Below are positions 1 to 10,735 of a DNA stretch of 64,000 nucleotides, one piece after another. Source of the DNA: a candidate division TM6 bacterium GW2011_GWF2_28_16. GTDB taxonomy: Bacteria; Patescibacteriota; Microgenomatia; UBA1400; PJMF01. The notes under the pieces are model-generated. The model ran no database searches. It was not told the origin of the DNA and saw only the letters and a list, made by a program, of their open reading frames with translations. The stretch is from positions 462,936 through 526,935 of the forward strand of contig CP011212.1 of the NCBI GenBank assembly GCA_001029715.1, given 5' to 3'. The first letter of the stretch is position 1. Each line of letters opens with the position of its first letter. A program made the position numbers and the translations under genes.

Positions 1-1102
1 TATTTTGATAATTTTAAAAATTATCAAAGAAAAGAAAAAGTTTACTAGGCAACAATTATTTTTATTATTTTTTACCGCTAGTTTAGGTTGCCATTTTTCG
101 ACTGCCTTTGCAGTTCTTTATCCTTTATTAATTCTTTTTTCCTTTTTTATAAATAAATTTAAATTAAATTTTAAAGAAATTTGTTTAGCCATTTTTGCCT
201 ATGCTCTTCCTTTTTCTCCACAATTATTGTTTGAATTAACTCATAATTTTTTAGAGACAAGAGCAGTAATTGCTTATTTCAAAGTAGGAGAAGCGCATAG
301 TTTTGGTCTAGAGAAAATAAAAATGGTTTTTGATGGCTTAATTGGTCAATTTAAAATTACTGTTTTGCCAGATTTTTATTATTCAGAATTCAAATTTTTG
401 AACTATTCAGCTATTGGTCTTTTTATCCTAATGATTTTTTTAATATTTTTGAAAAAGAAGAGGCAAGTTTTTAAAATGCCGGCTGAATATTTATTTTGGT
501 TTGGTTTGTCCTTTTTACTTTTTGTACTTCTTCATTACAACGTTTGGTATTTGTTGGCTTTAGCTCCTTTAATGGCAATGATTACGGGAGATATTTTGCG
601 AGCTAGCAATAAATATTTAAAATTTATTTTTATTTCATTATTAGTAATTTCTCTTTTTACAAAACTCTTTTATTTTGAACAAATTGATAAAGATAAGTTA
701 AGTAAAGTCAGCAATTTCTTACCAGCCAAAATTGAAGCAATAGACATAATTCGTAAAGATAGTGCTGGTCGAGATTTCAATTCATATCAATATGCTCCAG
801 ATATTTATGATTTTTCCTATCAATACATTTATTTTTGGCAAGCCCTTCGTGGAGAAAAATTGCCAGCTGATTTTTCTTATCAGCCTAAAGAAATAATTTA
901 TATTGTCCAGAAAAATGAATTGTTAAACTATTTTAATCACTCAGGTGAACCTGCCCAGCTAAATTATTTTATTGTTGAACCAACAGCAATGCCAGATTAT
1001 CAGCAGGCTTGGTGGGGAAAATTTAACTTAGATCAAGAAAAAGATTTATCTAAGCTAAAGAATAATTCACAACTAATAATTTATCGTCAAAATCCAAAGT
1101 AA
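1..1102 (+). CDS. GT-C-type (ArnT/PMT-like) membrane glycosyltransferase, 5'-truncated by the window edge
   Basis: ORF open from the window start; many hydrophobic segments followed by a soluble C-terminal tail, like neighbouring GT-C proteins. Confidence 0.6.
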   Translation, partial: ILIILKIIKEKKKFTRQQLFLLFFTASLGCHFSTAFAVLYPLLILFSFFINKFKLNFKEICLAIFAYALPFSPQLLFELTHNFLETRAVIAYFKVGEAHSFGLEKIKMVFDGLIGQFKITVLPDFYYSEFKFLNYSAIGLFILMIFLIFLKKKRQVFKMPAEYLFWFGLSFLLFVLLHYNVWYLLALAPLMAMITGDILRASNKYLKFIFISLLVISLFTKLFYFEQIDKDKLSKVSNFLPAKIEAIDIIRKDSAGRDFNSYQYAPDIYDFSYQYIYFWQALRGEKLPADFSYQPKEIIYIVQKNELLNYFNHSGEPAQLNYFIVEPTAMPDYQQAWWGKFNLDQEKDLSKLKNNSQLIIYRQNPK

Positions 1103-1108
1103 ATAAAA

Positions 1109-2782
1109 ATGATGTCTAAAAAAAAGATCTTCGTTTCAGCAGTTTTAGTAATTATTGCTTTAGCAATTTATCTGCGTTTTTATCGTTTGTCTAATTTGAC
1201 TAGTCTTTACTGGGAAGAAGCTGCTCTTGCTTATGATAGTTATTCTTTATTAAAGACGGGGCGTGATTTTCATGGCAATTTTTTACCAATTGCTGCAATG
1301 GAATCCTTTGGTGACTATAAAGCTAGTTTTTATTTTTATGTTTTAATTCCATTTATTAAAGTTTTTGGCTTAAATGCATTGTCAGTGCGTTTACCCAGTG
1401 CCTTAGCTGGTTTAGCGATTGTTTTTGGGACAGCTATTTTGGCTATTAATTTAATAAAAAAAGAGAAATCTTTTAAAGAAAAAAAGTTCTTATTTTTAAT
1501 TACTTTGTTTTTGACGGCTATTTCACCATGGGCTATTAATTTTTCTCGCGCAGCTTGGGAGAGTAATTTGGCGACGGCTTTTTTAATTTGGGCAATCAAC
1601 CTCTTCTTTTTTTGGCAAAAAAGTACTCGAAAGTTTTATTTTTTACCTTTGGCTGCTTTATTATTTATCTTATCTAGTTATACCTATCATGCAAATAAAA
1701 TAATTGCACCTTTAGTTGCTGTTTCAATGTCTTCTTTTTACTTAATTAATCGATTTAAAAATAAAGAAAAGTTTAAAAGTTTTGAATTGAAAAATATTTT
1801 GGCAACTGTTTTTTTAGCTGCTTTGCTTTTCTTGCCACTCCTAATAAGTAGTCAAACTTCAACTGGTCAACAACGCTTCAAGGAAACTAGTATTTTTAGT
1901 GATATAAAGGTAATTGAATATAGTAATCAGAAAAGAGCGGAATATGAAAATGCTTGGTGGGCTAGAATCTACTATCATCGTTACCTCTTATTTACTAAGG
2001 AAATTATTTTAAATTTAGCTGATAATTTTAGTTTCAAATATTTGTTTTTAACGGGTGATGGAAACTTGAGACACAATAGCCAAGTCACTGGGCAACTTTA
2101 TCGTTTAGATTTCATTTTTTTAATTTTGGCTATTATTTATCTAATTAAAAAAAGGAATCCTTATTTTAATTTTATTCTTCTTTACATTTTAATTGCATTA
2201 CTTCCAAGTTCTCTTGCCACAGATACTCCTCACTCGCTTCGCACTTTGTCAGTAATGCCGATGTTTTTAATACTTGTGTCAGTCGGTGTTTGGCAGAGTA
2301 TTATTTTTTTTAAAAAGTCAAGACAGCGAGAGATAATAGTTATTATTATTTTCGCTTCTTACTTAGCAGGATTATTAAATTTTTGGCAATATTATTTAAC
2401 TATTTACCCTCAAAGGTCGGCCAATTCTTGGCAGGACGGCTATCAAGAACTAATGCTAACCTTGGCTAAGGAAGACGATACTAAAAAAACGATTTATGTT
2501 AGTCGTGAACAAGGTCGACCGTCTATTTATAGCTGGTTTTTTAATAGGACTAATCCTTCATTGGTGCAAGCCGCCAATACAACAGAGCTTAAAGATCAGG
2601 GTGAATTTTTAACTTATCACAATTGGGTTTTTATTGATAAGAATTCTGAAGTTCAAGGTGCTGGAATTGTAGCGGGCTCTCCAAAATGGATTGAAGGTTT
2701 AAATGGTCAAAAAACAATTATTAAAGAGATTAGCGATAAGTCTGGCCAAATAATTTGGCAGCTTGTTAATTACGAACAATAA
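1109..2782 (+). CDS. GT-C (GT39/GT83, PMT_2/ArnT-like) glycosyltransferase
   Basis: TM1 then LYWEE acidic motif, FGDYK, SVRLPSAL, SPW..FSR.AWE; multi-TM. Confidence 0.85.
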   Translation: MMSKKKIFVSAVLVIIALAIYLRFYRLSNLTSLYWEEAALAYDSYSLLKTGRDFHGNFLPIAAMESFGDYKASFYFYVLIPFIKVFGLNALSVRLPSALAGLAIVFGTAILAINLIKKEKSFKEKKFLFLITLFLTAISPWAINFSRAAWESNLATAFLIWAINLFFFWQKSTRKFYFLPLAALLFILSSYTYHANKIIAPLVAVSMSSFYLINRFKNKEKFKSFELKNILATVFLAALLFLPLLISSQTSTGQQRFKETSIFSDIKVIEYSNQKRAEYENAWWARIYYHRYLLFTKEIILNLADNFSFKYLFLTGDGNLRHNSQVTGQLYRLDFIFLILAIIYLIKKRNPYFNFILLYILIALLPSSLATDTPHSLRTLSVMPMFLILVSVGVWQSIIFFKKSRQREIIVIIIFASYLAGLLNFWQYYLTIYPQRSANSWQDGYQELMLTLAKEDDTKKTIYVSREQGRPSIYSWFFNRTNPSLVQAANTTELKDQGEFLTYHNWVFIDKNSEVQGAGIVAGSPKWIEGLNGQKTIIKEISDKSGQIIWQLVNYEQ

Positions 2783-4517
2783 AGTTTTGACAAAATTCTT
2801 GATTGTTGAGTTTATCCAGGTCAAAAAGGTCTTCTCTAATGCTCAAAAAACGGTTTAAACTAAAATCTCCACAGCTTCGGTCATTATAAATTCTATAAAT
2901 TCCACCTCCATCGATCAGAGAAGGAATTTGAGTGTATCTGAGTGGAGAATCGGAGCCATCACATGGTCTAGAATTGCTATGACTAATGTAGATGGTGTTA
3001 TCAGGAATTGTTTCTGGAACGCAGCGCTCCCCAAAAACTTCAAAATTGGCTAGTTTGTAATCTTCACTTTGGAAAGCTTGATTAATATTGCTAATATTTT
3101 CTTTATTAATTAAATTGTTGTAAATTAAAATTTCTTGAAAAACAAAGATTGGCTCTGGTGCAGAAACAAGGATTTTTTTATCAGGATTTCTTTTAATGTA
3201 TTGAGCAACTAATCTTTCAGCAAAATATTGATCACGAGTGCCTGAAATTGGATAAATATAAAAATACTGATAAAAAAAACGTCCAATCAAAGCAAGATAG
3301 GCAAGCACAAGAAAAGCAAAAAAATATTTATTGGTTTTCTTCGATAAATGAGCTGCGGCAAACCCCATTAAAATTAAAAAAATTGGTACAAGAAAACTAG
3401 CTCTGAAAACAAGCCAGCTTCCGGTACTAACTACGGCTGATGGAAGTGGAGCAATTAACAAGAGCCCTAAAAGAAAAAACGCAACCGTTCTAAATTTATT
3501 TTTACTGAATATAACAATTAAACCTAAAATAATTAGTGGCAGGTCCAGCCAATAAAAAAGACCATGCTGATAAACAGCAAAAGGATTGCGTACTACTTCT
3601 AAATTAAAAAACCATTGTTTTAAATCTAAACTATTAAAGTATTGTTCAGCTAGTTTTTCAAAAATAACAGTAACTTTATTTGGGTAAATTTCATTTAAAG
3701 TTGAGTTAAAACCTTGTTGACGGCTAACAACAATGTTTTGTTCTAAGTATTCTTTGTCGCTCCATACTAGAAAATTTAAACGCTCGCCAGCGCTTTGAGA
3801 ACGAACATTGAATAAATAGACGATAAATATTAAGCCTGCTAAAACCATAACAGTTAAAGTAGGAAGTTCTTTTTTCCAATTTTTCTTAAATTTGTTTAGA
3901 GAAAAATTTTCTCTAGATAAATTAAAAATACCAGTTAATAGAACTATCGGTAAAAAAACAATTTTTAAACCTTGGTATTGAAAAAACCCCATTAGAAAAA
4001 ATGCTAAAGCTGTTAATTTTTTCCAAGATTTTGCTTTAAGAAAAATCAAAATTCCAGTCGAATAGAAGAATAAGCTAAACATAGAATCAAAACCCATCCT
4101 AGAGAACTGAAATAACCAAGGATTAAAACAAGCTAAAAAAGCAGTCAAAAATGCCACTCTATGACTTTTACTTAATTGATAAGCTAATGCAGCTAAGATA
4201 AAAATCAAGGCTGTACCAAGCAAAACATGAGTAATTCTGGTTGCCAAGATTGCTTGGTTAGGAAATAATTTAGCAGCAGGCATCATTACTAAGCCAGGAA
4301 ATTCGGCGTAAAGTTCTGTTTCTGGGGTAAAGTCGAATGGTTGCCACTTTCCATTAACTCCATGACCGCTGACGGCCAGTGTTTTAGCTTGGGTGGGATA
4401 AAAAATTTCATCGTGACTAATTACTGAAGGAAGATGGTCGATTTTCCATAATCTTAAGCTAAGGGCAAGAATTCCCAATATAAAATAAGCTAGCCAAATT
4501 CTTCGTTTTTTTATCAT
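2766..4517 (-). CDS. GT-C (PMT_2/ArnT-like) glycosyltransferase
   Basis: TM1 then SHDE motif, NPWLFQFSR; multi-TM with soluble C-terminal domain. Confidence 0.8.
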   Translation of the reverse strand: MIKKRRIWLAYFILGILALSLRLWKIDHLPSVISHDEIFYPTQAKTLAVSGHGVNGKWQPFDFTPETELYAEFPGLVMMPAAKLFPNQAILATRITHVLLGTALIFILAALAYQLSKSHRVAFLTAFLACFNPWLFQFSRMGFDSMFSLFFYSTGILIFLKAKSWKKLTALAFFLMGFFQYQGLKIVFLPIVLLTGIFNLSRENFSLNKFKKNWKKELPTLTVMVLAGLIFIVYLFNVRSQSAGERLNFLVWSDKEYLEQNIVVSRQQGFNSTLNEIYPNKVTVIFEKLAEQYFNSLDLKQWFFNLEVVRNPFAVYQHGLFYWLDLPLIILGLIVIFSKNKFRTVAFFLLGLLLIAPLPSAVVSTGSWLVFRASFLVPIFLILMGFAAAHLSKKTNKYFFAFLVLAYLALIGRFFYQYFYIYPISGTRDQYFAERLVAQYIKRNPDKKILVSAPEPIFVFQEILIYNNLINKENISNINQAFQSEDYKLANFEVFGERCVPETIPDNTIYISHSNSRPCDGSDSPLRYTQIPSLIDGGGIYRIYNDRSCGDFSLNRFLSIREDLFDLDKLNNQEFCQNFIVRN

Positions 4518-4580
4518 TAAAATTATTATACTAGTTTATTTGAACTATTTCTTAGTTTATTATTAGCTTGTTCTTACATT

Positions 4581-6476
4581 ATGTTAAATTTCTTTTTTCT
4601 TTTACTCATTTTATTTTTTGCCTATTTGAATTTTGGTTTATTTTTAGTTAGAAAGATCAAAATAAAATTAACATCTCTAGAAAGTATTTTAATAGCCAGT
4701 GTTTTAAGCATCTCTGCCTTAGTAAGTTTAATTGTTTTTCTTGGACATTTTTTAGCTGATAAAAGTTATTTGATTTTAATTTTAAGCGGCCTGATTGGTC
4801 TTTTAGCTTTTAAGAATAATTTGAAAATTTGGCAAGAACTTTTCAAAAGTGCCAAAAAAAGGTGGAAGATTACGCTTTCATTACTAGTTGGAATTTTGAT
4901 ATTAACCAGCGGGATGTTTTTTAGTGGCTATGTAAAAGATGGACAAATTTATCTACAAGATCTTTATGATACCAATTGGCACATTGCCCTTGAACAAGAA
5001 GTTTTAAAAAGCTTTCCACCTCACCATCCCTCTAGTTCTGATTTAGTCTTGAAGAATTATCATTATTTTTATGATGTTTTTATTGCCTCTTTGTATTTCT
5101 ATAGTCACGTTTCTTTTGTTACTCTTAATTACAAGGTTTCTCAGCTAATAATTACAGGTTTATTAATCTTAAGTGCTTATGCTTTTGGCAAACGTCTTAA
5201 AAATAGAAATTTAGGTATTGTTCTAAGCACCTTAATTGTTTTTGCTGGTAATTTTGGCTATTTGATTCCTTTATTTTTAAAAGATCATCCTTGGACTGAA
5301 TCAAGTTTTTGGGTAAGCCAAACTTTTTCAATGATGATTAATCCTCAGTTAATCTTTTCTTTTGTAACTTTATTTTTAGTTCTTTTATTAATGACTCCGG
5401 ATTTTTTAAGCAAAAAATCCAGGCATTATTTATTAATTCCACTAATTGCTACTAGCATTGGTTTCAAAACTTATGGTTGGATGATTATGAGTCTTTTATA
5501 TGCTTTTGATTTATTAACAGAACTTTTGTTTAGAAGAAAATTAATTAATATAGTATTTGGTTTAATTTATATTGTTTTAGTTCTGCCTTTTTTCTATTTG
5601 ATCACCGGCTTAAAATCAGGAAGTTTTTTTTGGCAACCACTTTGGTATTTAGATAGCATGATTGAAGCTCAAGATCGAGTCAACAACATCCGCTGGAGTT
5701 TTTTACTTGATCATTACATCATGAAAAAGGATACACTGAGAATTATTTGGCTAAGAGCCAAAGAGTTATTTATTTTTTACTTTGGTAATTTAGGTACAAG
5801 AGCGATTTTTATTTTTTTACCACTCATTTCTTTAAAAGAATCTTATCTGAAACAGAGAAAGATTATCTGGCTCTGTTTACTAGGTTTTATTTTTAGTTCC
5901 GTTTTTCCTTTATTATTTTTACAAACTGGCACAGTTTGGAACTCGATTCAATTTTGGTATTACGCACTCATTTTTGCCAATATTTTGGCAGCCTTGGCAA
6001 TTAATGGAATATTAAATCACTTGAAATTACCGCTAAAATATTTGTTTTTAGCTATTTTTATTTCACTAAGTATTCCAGCTTTTATGAAAACGATGTCTGG
6101 CAAATTAGATGGCTTTCATGCTTTTCCTTTAGTCCAAATTAATCTTTTAGCTAATTTTGATGCTAGCGACAAGATACTAATTTGTCCTGAAGAGAGCTTA
6201 TTGTTTAAGAGTGCTTTTGTAAACGCTTACGCTGAGGCTAATATTTATCTTTCTGACGAAGGACAGATGAGTCTAGTAGAAGCCGATTTAGAACCAATTA
6301 CTGAACTGAAAACAATCTTTTCTAAGAAACATTTGGCAGAATTAGAATCATTAATTAATCGAGAAAAAATTAACTATATTTTGTGTACAAATAAAGACAT
6401 TGTTGAATTTATAGATAAGAAATACCTCAGTCAAAAAGAAGAAGTGCTTAATTGGTCGCTCTATTCTTTAAAGTAA
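4581..6476 (+). CDS. Multi-pass membrane protein, probable GT-C-fold glycosyltransferase
   Basis: Many TM segments; loop DTNWH...YHYFYD; context. Confidence 0.6.
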   Translation: MLNFFFLLLILFFAYLNFGLFLVRKIKIKLTSLESILIASVLSISALVSLIVFLGHFLADKSYLILILSGLIGLLAFKNNLKIWQELFKSAKKRWKITLSLLVGILILTSGMFFSGYVKDGQIYLQDLYDTNWHIALEQEVLKSFPPHHPSSSDLVLKNYHYFYDVFIASLYFYSHVSFVTLNYKVSQLIITGLLILSAYAFGKRLKNRNLGIVLSTLIVFAGNFGYLIPLFLKDHPWTESSFWVSQTFSMMINPQLIFSFVTLFLVLLLMTPDFLSKKSRHYLLIPLIATSIGFKTYGWMIMSLLYAFDLLTELLFRRKLINIVFGLIYIVLVLPFFYLITGLKSGSFFWQPLWYLDSMIEAQDRVNNIRWSFLLDHYIMKKDTLRIIWLRAKELFIFYFGNLGTRAIFIFLPLISLKESYLKQRKIIWLCLLGFIFSSVFPLLFLQTGTVWNSIQFWYYALIFANILAALAINGILNHLKLPLKYLFLAIFISLSIPAFMKTMSGKLDGFHAFPLVQINLLANFDASDKILICPEESLLFKSAFVNAYAEANIYLSDEGQMSLVEADLEPITELKTIFSKKHLAELESLINREKINYILCTNKDIVEFIDKKYLSQKEEVLNWSLYSLK

Positions 6477-8154
6477 TTTGCCATAAAACAAAAATTGTTA
6501 AGGCGGTTAAGCTAACGTAATTGCTTAAAAGACGCAGTTTATTTTCTCTGAAGCTTAATTTGATTAAATGCTCTCCCTTTGGAACTAACAATTGAACATT
6601 CCCTAGCTCTGAATTCTCAAGAATTTCAATTTTTTGATTATCTAAGTAAGCTGTCCAACCAGTAAAGTTGGCAATTTTAAAATTAAGTAAATTTTCTTGA
6701 CTAGAATTAATTTTCCAAGTTTGGCTTTGATTATTCGATTTTAGAAGTTGGTTTGTAAAAGTCTGGCCATCAGCCAAGTCATTATTCAACCAAACCGACG
6801 GTTCTGGATATTTTTTATTGTATTCTTTTAAAATTTCTTCATTAGCCATTTGCACTGGAATATAATCAGGTAAAGTTTCACTCATCTCTGACCTAATTAA
6901 TTGAGGATCACTATAATAAAAGACGTTGCTATCGACAATGGTTTTTTCTGCTTTAAAAAAACCAGTGTTAAAGAAAAATATTATAAACAAGAATCCTAAA
7001 GTCAGTTTTCGCCACAAATTATTTTTTAATAGACCAGAGCCAATGGCCAAAAACATTGCTAAGAAAAAGCTAGCAGAGCCCAACCAGCGCCATGGAAATT
7101 GGATGAAGGCTAGAATTTCTAGGCTCTCCCATAATTGCAGGCTTTTGCCAATGGATAAAAATAAACAAAAAACAGTAATAGAACCGACCAAAATAAGTTT
7201 TTTATTTTTCTTTAAAAATTTATTTAAAGCTTTTCCGCGCCAAGCTTGTAAAAATTGAATAAAAAATAAAATAAGAAAAAAAAGTAAAGCAAATAGTTGT
7301 CCATAACCCAAAAAGAAAGAAATGTCATCATTAGCTCCCCAAGCAGAACCACCATAACCCCAATTATTTTGAAAAAATTGGCGAATGTATAAAAAATGAA
7401 GATGATAATCAAAATAGCCAGTTAGAATTGTATTTATCTTTGTCAAATCTTTTTCTAAAAAAGATGGCAGAGTATAAAAAACAGTGGTAAAAAAAGCTAA
7501 GGCGAATACTTTTATTATTGACCAAAGTTCCTTCTTCTTAAGAATAAATAAAGCCCATAAAGCAGCAAGGGGAATAAACATTAAGGCACTTAAGTTGTGA
7601 GATAGGATAATTGCCACTAAACTAATAAATAATAAAAGATAGTTCTTTTTATAAAGAGCTAAAATTACCCACGGGAAAAAGGCAATCGCAAAAACTTCAC
7701 TCAGAGCTCCGCGAACAAAAATGTTTAAAGCACGATAAGGAGCTAAAGTAAGAGCAGCCGCTAAAATAATTCCCCCCCAATTTCCAGAAAGTTTTTTACC
7801 TAATTTGAAAGATCCTAATAAAGTGATGAAAGTAATTAATAAATAAAGCAATTTAATACTGCTCACCAAGCTGAATCCAAATAAATAGAAAATAGCTCCA
7901 ATAAAATAAGGTAAAGGCGCATAGAAATTAAAAAGTGGCATGCCAAAGCCATAACCAAGATCAGCACTCCAACGAACTGGATAGTGCCAAGATTTCAAAG
8001 CAGAAGCCATCTCAACAACTTTTACACCAATTGTATAATCGTGAACTCGAAAAAAATCTCTTTGAAAAAAATAATAAGTGCTAGCTACAAAAATGGCAAA
8101 TAAAAAGAAAACAGTGAAATAATTAACGAGGATTTTTTTGGCAAATCTAAACAT
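6448..8154 (-). CDS. PTPS-related/YfhO-like GT-C membrane protein
   Basis: HD...RW..DL.YGFG.PLFNFYAPLPY, RGALSE, IQFPWRWL; YfhO-like C-terminus (FTGWTAYLD...VPKGEH.I.L.F). Confidence 0.8.
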   Translation of the reverse strand: MFRFAKKILVNYFTVFFLFAIFVASTYYFFQRDFFRVHDYTIGVKVVEMASALKSWHYPVRWSADLGYGFGMPLFNFYAPLPYFIGAIFYLFGFSLVSSIKLLYLLITFITLLGSFKLGKKLSGNWGGIILAAALTLAPYRALNIFVRGALSEVFAIAFFPWVILALYKKNYLLLFISLVAIILSHNLSALMFIPLAALWALFILKKKELWSIIKVFALAFFTTVFYTLPSFLEKDLTKINTILTGYFDYHLHFLYIRQFFQNNWGYGGSAWGANDDISFFLGYGQLFALLFFLILFFIQFLQAWRGKALNKFLKKNKKLILVGSITVFCLFLSIGKSLQLWESLEILAFIQFPWRWLGSASFFLAMFLAIGSGLLKNNLWRKLTLGFLFIIFFFNTGFFKAEKTIVDSNVFYYSDPQLIRSEMSETLPDYIPVQMANEEILKEYNKKYPEPSVWLNNDLADGQTFTNQLLKSNNQSQTWKINSSQENLLNFKIANFTGWTAYLDNQKIEILENSELGNVQLLVPKGEHLIKLSFRENKLRLLSNYVSLTALTIFVLWQITLKNRATN

Positions 8155-8155
8155 C

Positions 8156-8863
8156 TTAATTTAAAGTAAATTTAATTTGTAAATAAGTACGCAAGGCTTC
8201 ATAACAAGCTTTGATAATAACCTTCAGATTAGCTCCCGTAGCCTGCCCATAAATTCTAGGATAGTGATTAACAGCAATTTCTTTAAATTTGAGTTTCTTC
8301 TTCTTTAGACGATAAAGGATTTCAGCACTAGTAAAAGCACTCCCCGAAGTAAGTTTTAAATTTTTAAGTAGATCAGTCTGGATTAGTTTAAAAGCACAGT
8401 CAATATCTTTGACATGAATACGGAAAAGCAGATCTATATAAATGCCAAAAAGACTGGCGTTAAGGTGTCTTCTAAAACCCTCGGCTCGTTTTTTTCTATA
8501 ACCGAGAATAACTTTGTTTTCATCAGTTTCTTTGACAAAATTAGCCAATTCAGACAAATCAAACTGCAGGTCGCTGTCAGTCCAGAAAATCCACTCATAT
8601 TGACTGTTTTTAATGCCAGTTTTAAGGACTTCGCCATAACCTTTGTTGGTTTCATGAGATAAAACTTTTACTTGTTCATGTTTGTTTGCTAATTTATTAG
8701 CAATTTTGAGACTGTCGTCAGTGCTACCATCATTAATAATTAGCAATTCATATCTGCTAGCTAGAGAAGGAATGATTCTGAGAGCTTGTTCGATTAAAAT
8801 TTCTAGATTAGATTCTTCGTTATAAACTGGAAAAAAAACAGATAGAGACTTAAGTTTTTTCAT
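8156..8863 (-). CDS. GT2 polyprenol-phosphate glycosyltransferase (DPM1-like)
   Basis: PVYNEE, DGSTD, NKGYG, DSDLQF, DIDCAFK; start moved to ATG 8863. Confidence 0.85.
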   Translation of the reverse strand: MKKLKSLSVFFPVYNEESNLEILIEQALRIIPSLASRYELLIINDGSTDDSLKIANKLANKHEQVKVLSHETNKGYGEVLKTGIKNSQYEWIFWTDSDLQFDLSELANFVKETDENKVILGYRKKRAEGFRRHLNASLFGIYIDLLFRIHVKDIDCAFKLIQTDLLKNLKLTSGSAFTSAEILYRLKKKKLKFKEIAVNHYPRIYGQATGANLKVIIKACYEALRTYLQIKFTLN

Positions 8864-8887
8864 GACAACTGCTATCATACTATTATT
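8864..8887. promoter_or_regulatory. Putative bidirectional leaderless promoter in a 24-bp divergent gap
   Basis: TATCAT/CATACT on plus and TATGAT on minus overlap, each within about 10 nt of an ATG; no SD. Confidence 0.5.
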
Positions 8888-9811
8888 ATGTCCATTTCAG
8901 TAGTCGTTATTGCTAAAAATGCCGAGAATATTATCACTAGAAGTTTGAAATCTGTGCAATTTGCCGATGAAGTAATTTTGGTTGATATAAAAAGTACAGA
9001 TGAGACCAGGCAAATAGCAGAAAAATATTGCACCAAGATCTATGACTATAAAGAAGATTCAAGGTTTGTAGAGCCAGTGCGCAATTTTGCTTTTTCCAAG
9101 GCAACAAAAGATTGGATCTTGGTTTTAGATGCCGATGAAGAAATCAAAGAAGCCTTGGCTTTAAAACTTCAAGAAATCGATCAAAAAGATTTGGGAGATG
9201 TCTATCATTTGTCTCGTAAAAACATCGTGAGCAATTATTGGATGCAAAATACTGGTTGGTGGCCGGACTATCAATTGCGATTTTTCAAAAATGGTTTGGT
9301 TTCTTGGGGAACTAAAATTCATGCTAAACCAGAAATTAAAGCTGGTTCTAGAGTTGTTATTCTGGAAGCCAAAGAAGATTTAGCAATCTTACACCACAAT
9401 TATAAAGATACTAAAGATTATTTAGCTCGTTTTGATCGCTATACCGATATTGAAGCAGAACAAAAAGCAGAAGAACTCAAAGACAATTTTTCTATTTCAC
9501 AATCAGGCATGTTGAAAGCTTTCAGTGATGATTGGTTTAGAAGATTCTTTGATAAACAGGGTTACAAAGATGGAGTTCGTGGCTTTTATTTAAGTTTAAT
9601 GCAGGCTGCATACCAGATGACCACTCAAATGAAAACTTTCGATCTGCTTGGCAATAAAAATAGTTTAGAAAAAGATAGTCGCCAACTTTTAATCAAAGAT
9701 TTGCGCCATTTTCAAAAAGAGTTAAACTATTGGATAAATGATATGGAAATTAAAGAGAAAAATGGTTTGACTAAACTAGTCATTGTGCTAAAAAGAAAGC
9801 TCGGTCTATGA
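8888..9811 (+). CDS. GT2 glycosyltransferase (WaaE/KdtX-like)
   Basis: LDADE, WWPDYQLRFF; family-typical layout. Confidence 0.8.
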   Translation: MSISVVVIAKNAENIITRSLKSVQFADEVILVDIKSTDETRQIAEKYCTKIYDYKEDSRFVEPVRNFAFSKATKDWILVLDADEEIKEALALKLQEIDQKDLGDVYHLSRKNIVSNYWMQNTGWWPDYQLRFFKNGLVSWGTKIHAKPEIKAGSRVVILEAKEDLAILHHNYKDTKDYLARFDRYTDIEAEQKAEELKDNFSISQSGMLKAFSDDWFRRFFDKQGYKDGVRGFYLSLMQAAYQMTTQMKTFDLLGNKNSLEKDSRQLLIKDLRHFQKELNYWINDMEIKEKNGLTKLVIVLKRKLGL

Positions 9812-10731
9812 AAAATCACGTTTCAATTATTACTGTTAATTATAACACTCCTGAGGACACCAAGGCCACTATTCAGTCTTTAGCTGACATTGCTCACAAT
9901 GGGTTTGATTATCGCGTGATCGTTGTTGATAATGGTTCTAAAGAGCCCTTGAGTTTTAATAAGGTCTTCCTTAAGAACAACCCTAAAGTTGATTTATTAC
10001 GTAGCGAGAGCAACCTTGGTTTTTCAGGTGGCAATAACCTGGGTATTCAACATGCCATTGATCATTATGATAGTGATTATTATTTATTGCTTAATTCAGA
10101 CACGATTGTTACGAAAGATTTTTTGCAAGAGCTCGTCAAAATGATGAAGTCTGATCCTAGAATTGGATTGGCTGCTTCTAAAGTCTATTTTCATAGGGGT
10201 TATGAATATTTTGAAAATTCTTACACTGAAGCAGAAAAGCATCATGTTCTCTGGTATGTGGGTGGCAGAATTGATTGGACAAATTTATTGTCTTATCACA
10301 TTGGTATTGACGAAGTTGATCGTGGACATTTTAACAACGAGACTGAAACCGATTATGCCACTGGTTGTGTAATGATGATCAGTAGAGAAGTAATTGAAAG
10401 AGTTGGTCGCTTAGATGATCGTTTTTTCCTTTATAGCGAAGATGTTGATTTTAGTCTGCGCGTTCGTGAGGCTGGTCTCAAAGTGATGTATTGCCCAAGT
10501 TCAGTCATTTATCATAAAATCGGTCGTTCTACTGGAGGGGCTGGTTCTCCATTGCAGCAATATTACCAGACCAGAAATCGTTTATTTCTTACATTTAGAC
10601 ACGCTCCAATGCGTAGCAAGTTGACGGCTTTACATTTGATTTTTGACATTTTACGCAGAGGAAATAAGAGTGAACGTAAAGCTATCCTTGATTTAGTTCT
10701 TGGTCGCATGGGTAAACAGGCTTTTATTTAA
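9808..10731 (+). CDS. GT2 glycosyltransferase (WbbL/rhamnosyltransferase-like)
   Basis: VDNGS, NLGFSGGNN, LLNSD, FFLYSEDVD. Confidence 0.85.
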   Translation: MKNHVSIITVNYNTPEDTKATIQSLADIAHNGFDYRVIVVDNGSKEPLSFNKVFLKNNPKVDLLRSESNLGFSGGNNLGIQHAIDHYDSDYYLLLNSDTIVTKDFLQELVKMMKSDPRIGLAASKVYFHRGYEYFENSYTEAEKHHVLWYVGGRIDWTNLLSYHIGIDEVDRGHFNNETETDYATGCVMMISREVIERVGRLDDRFFLYSEDVDFSLRVREAGLKVMYCPSSVIYHKIGRSTGGAGSPLQQYYQTRNRLFLTFRHAPMRSKLTALHLIFDILRRGNKSERKAILDLVLGRMGKQAFI

Positions 10732-10735
10732 AAAT

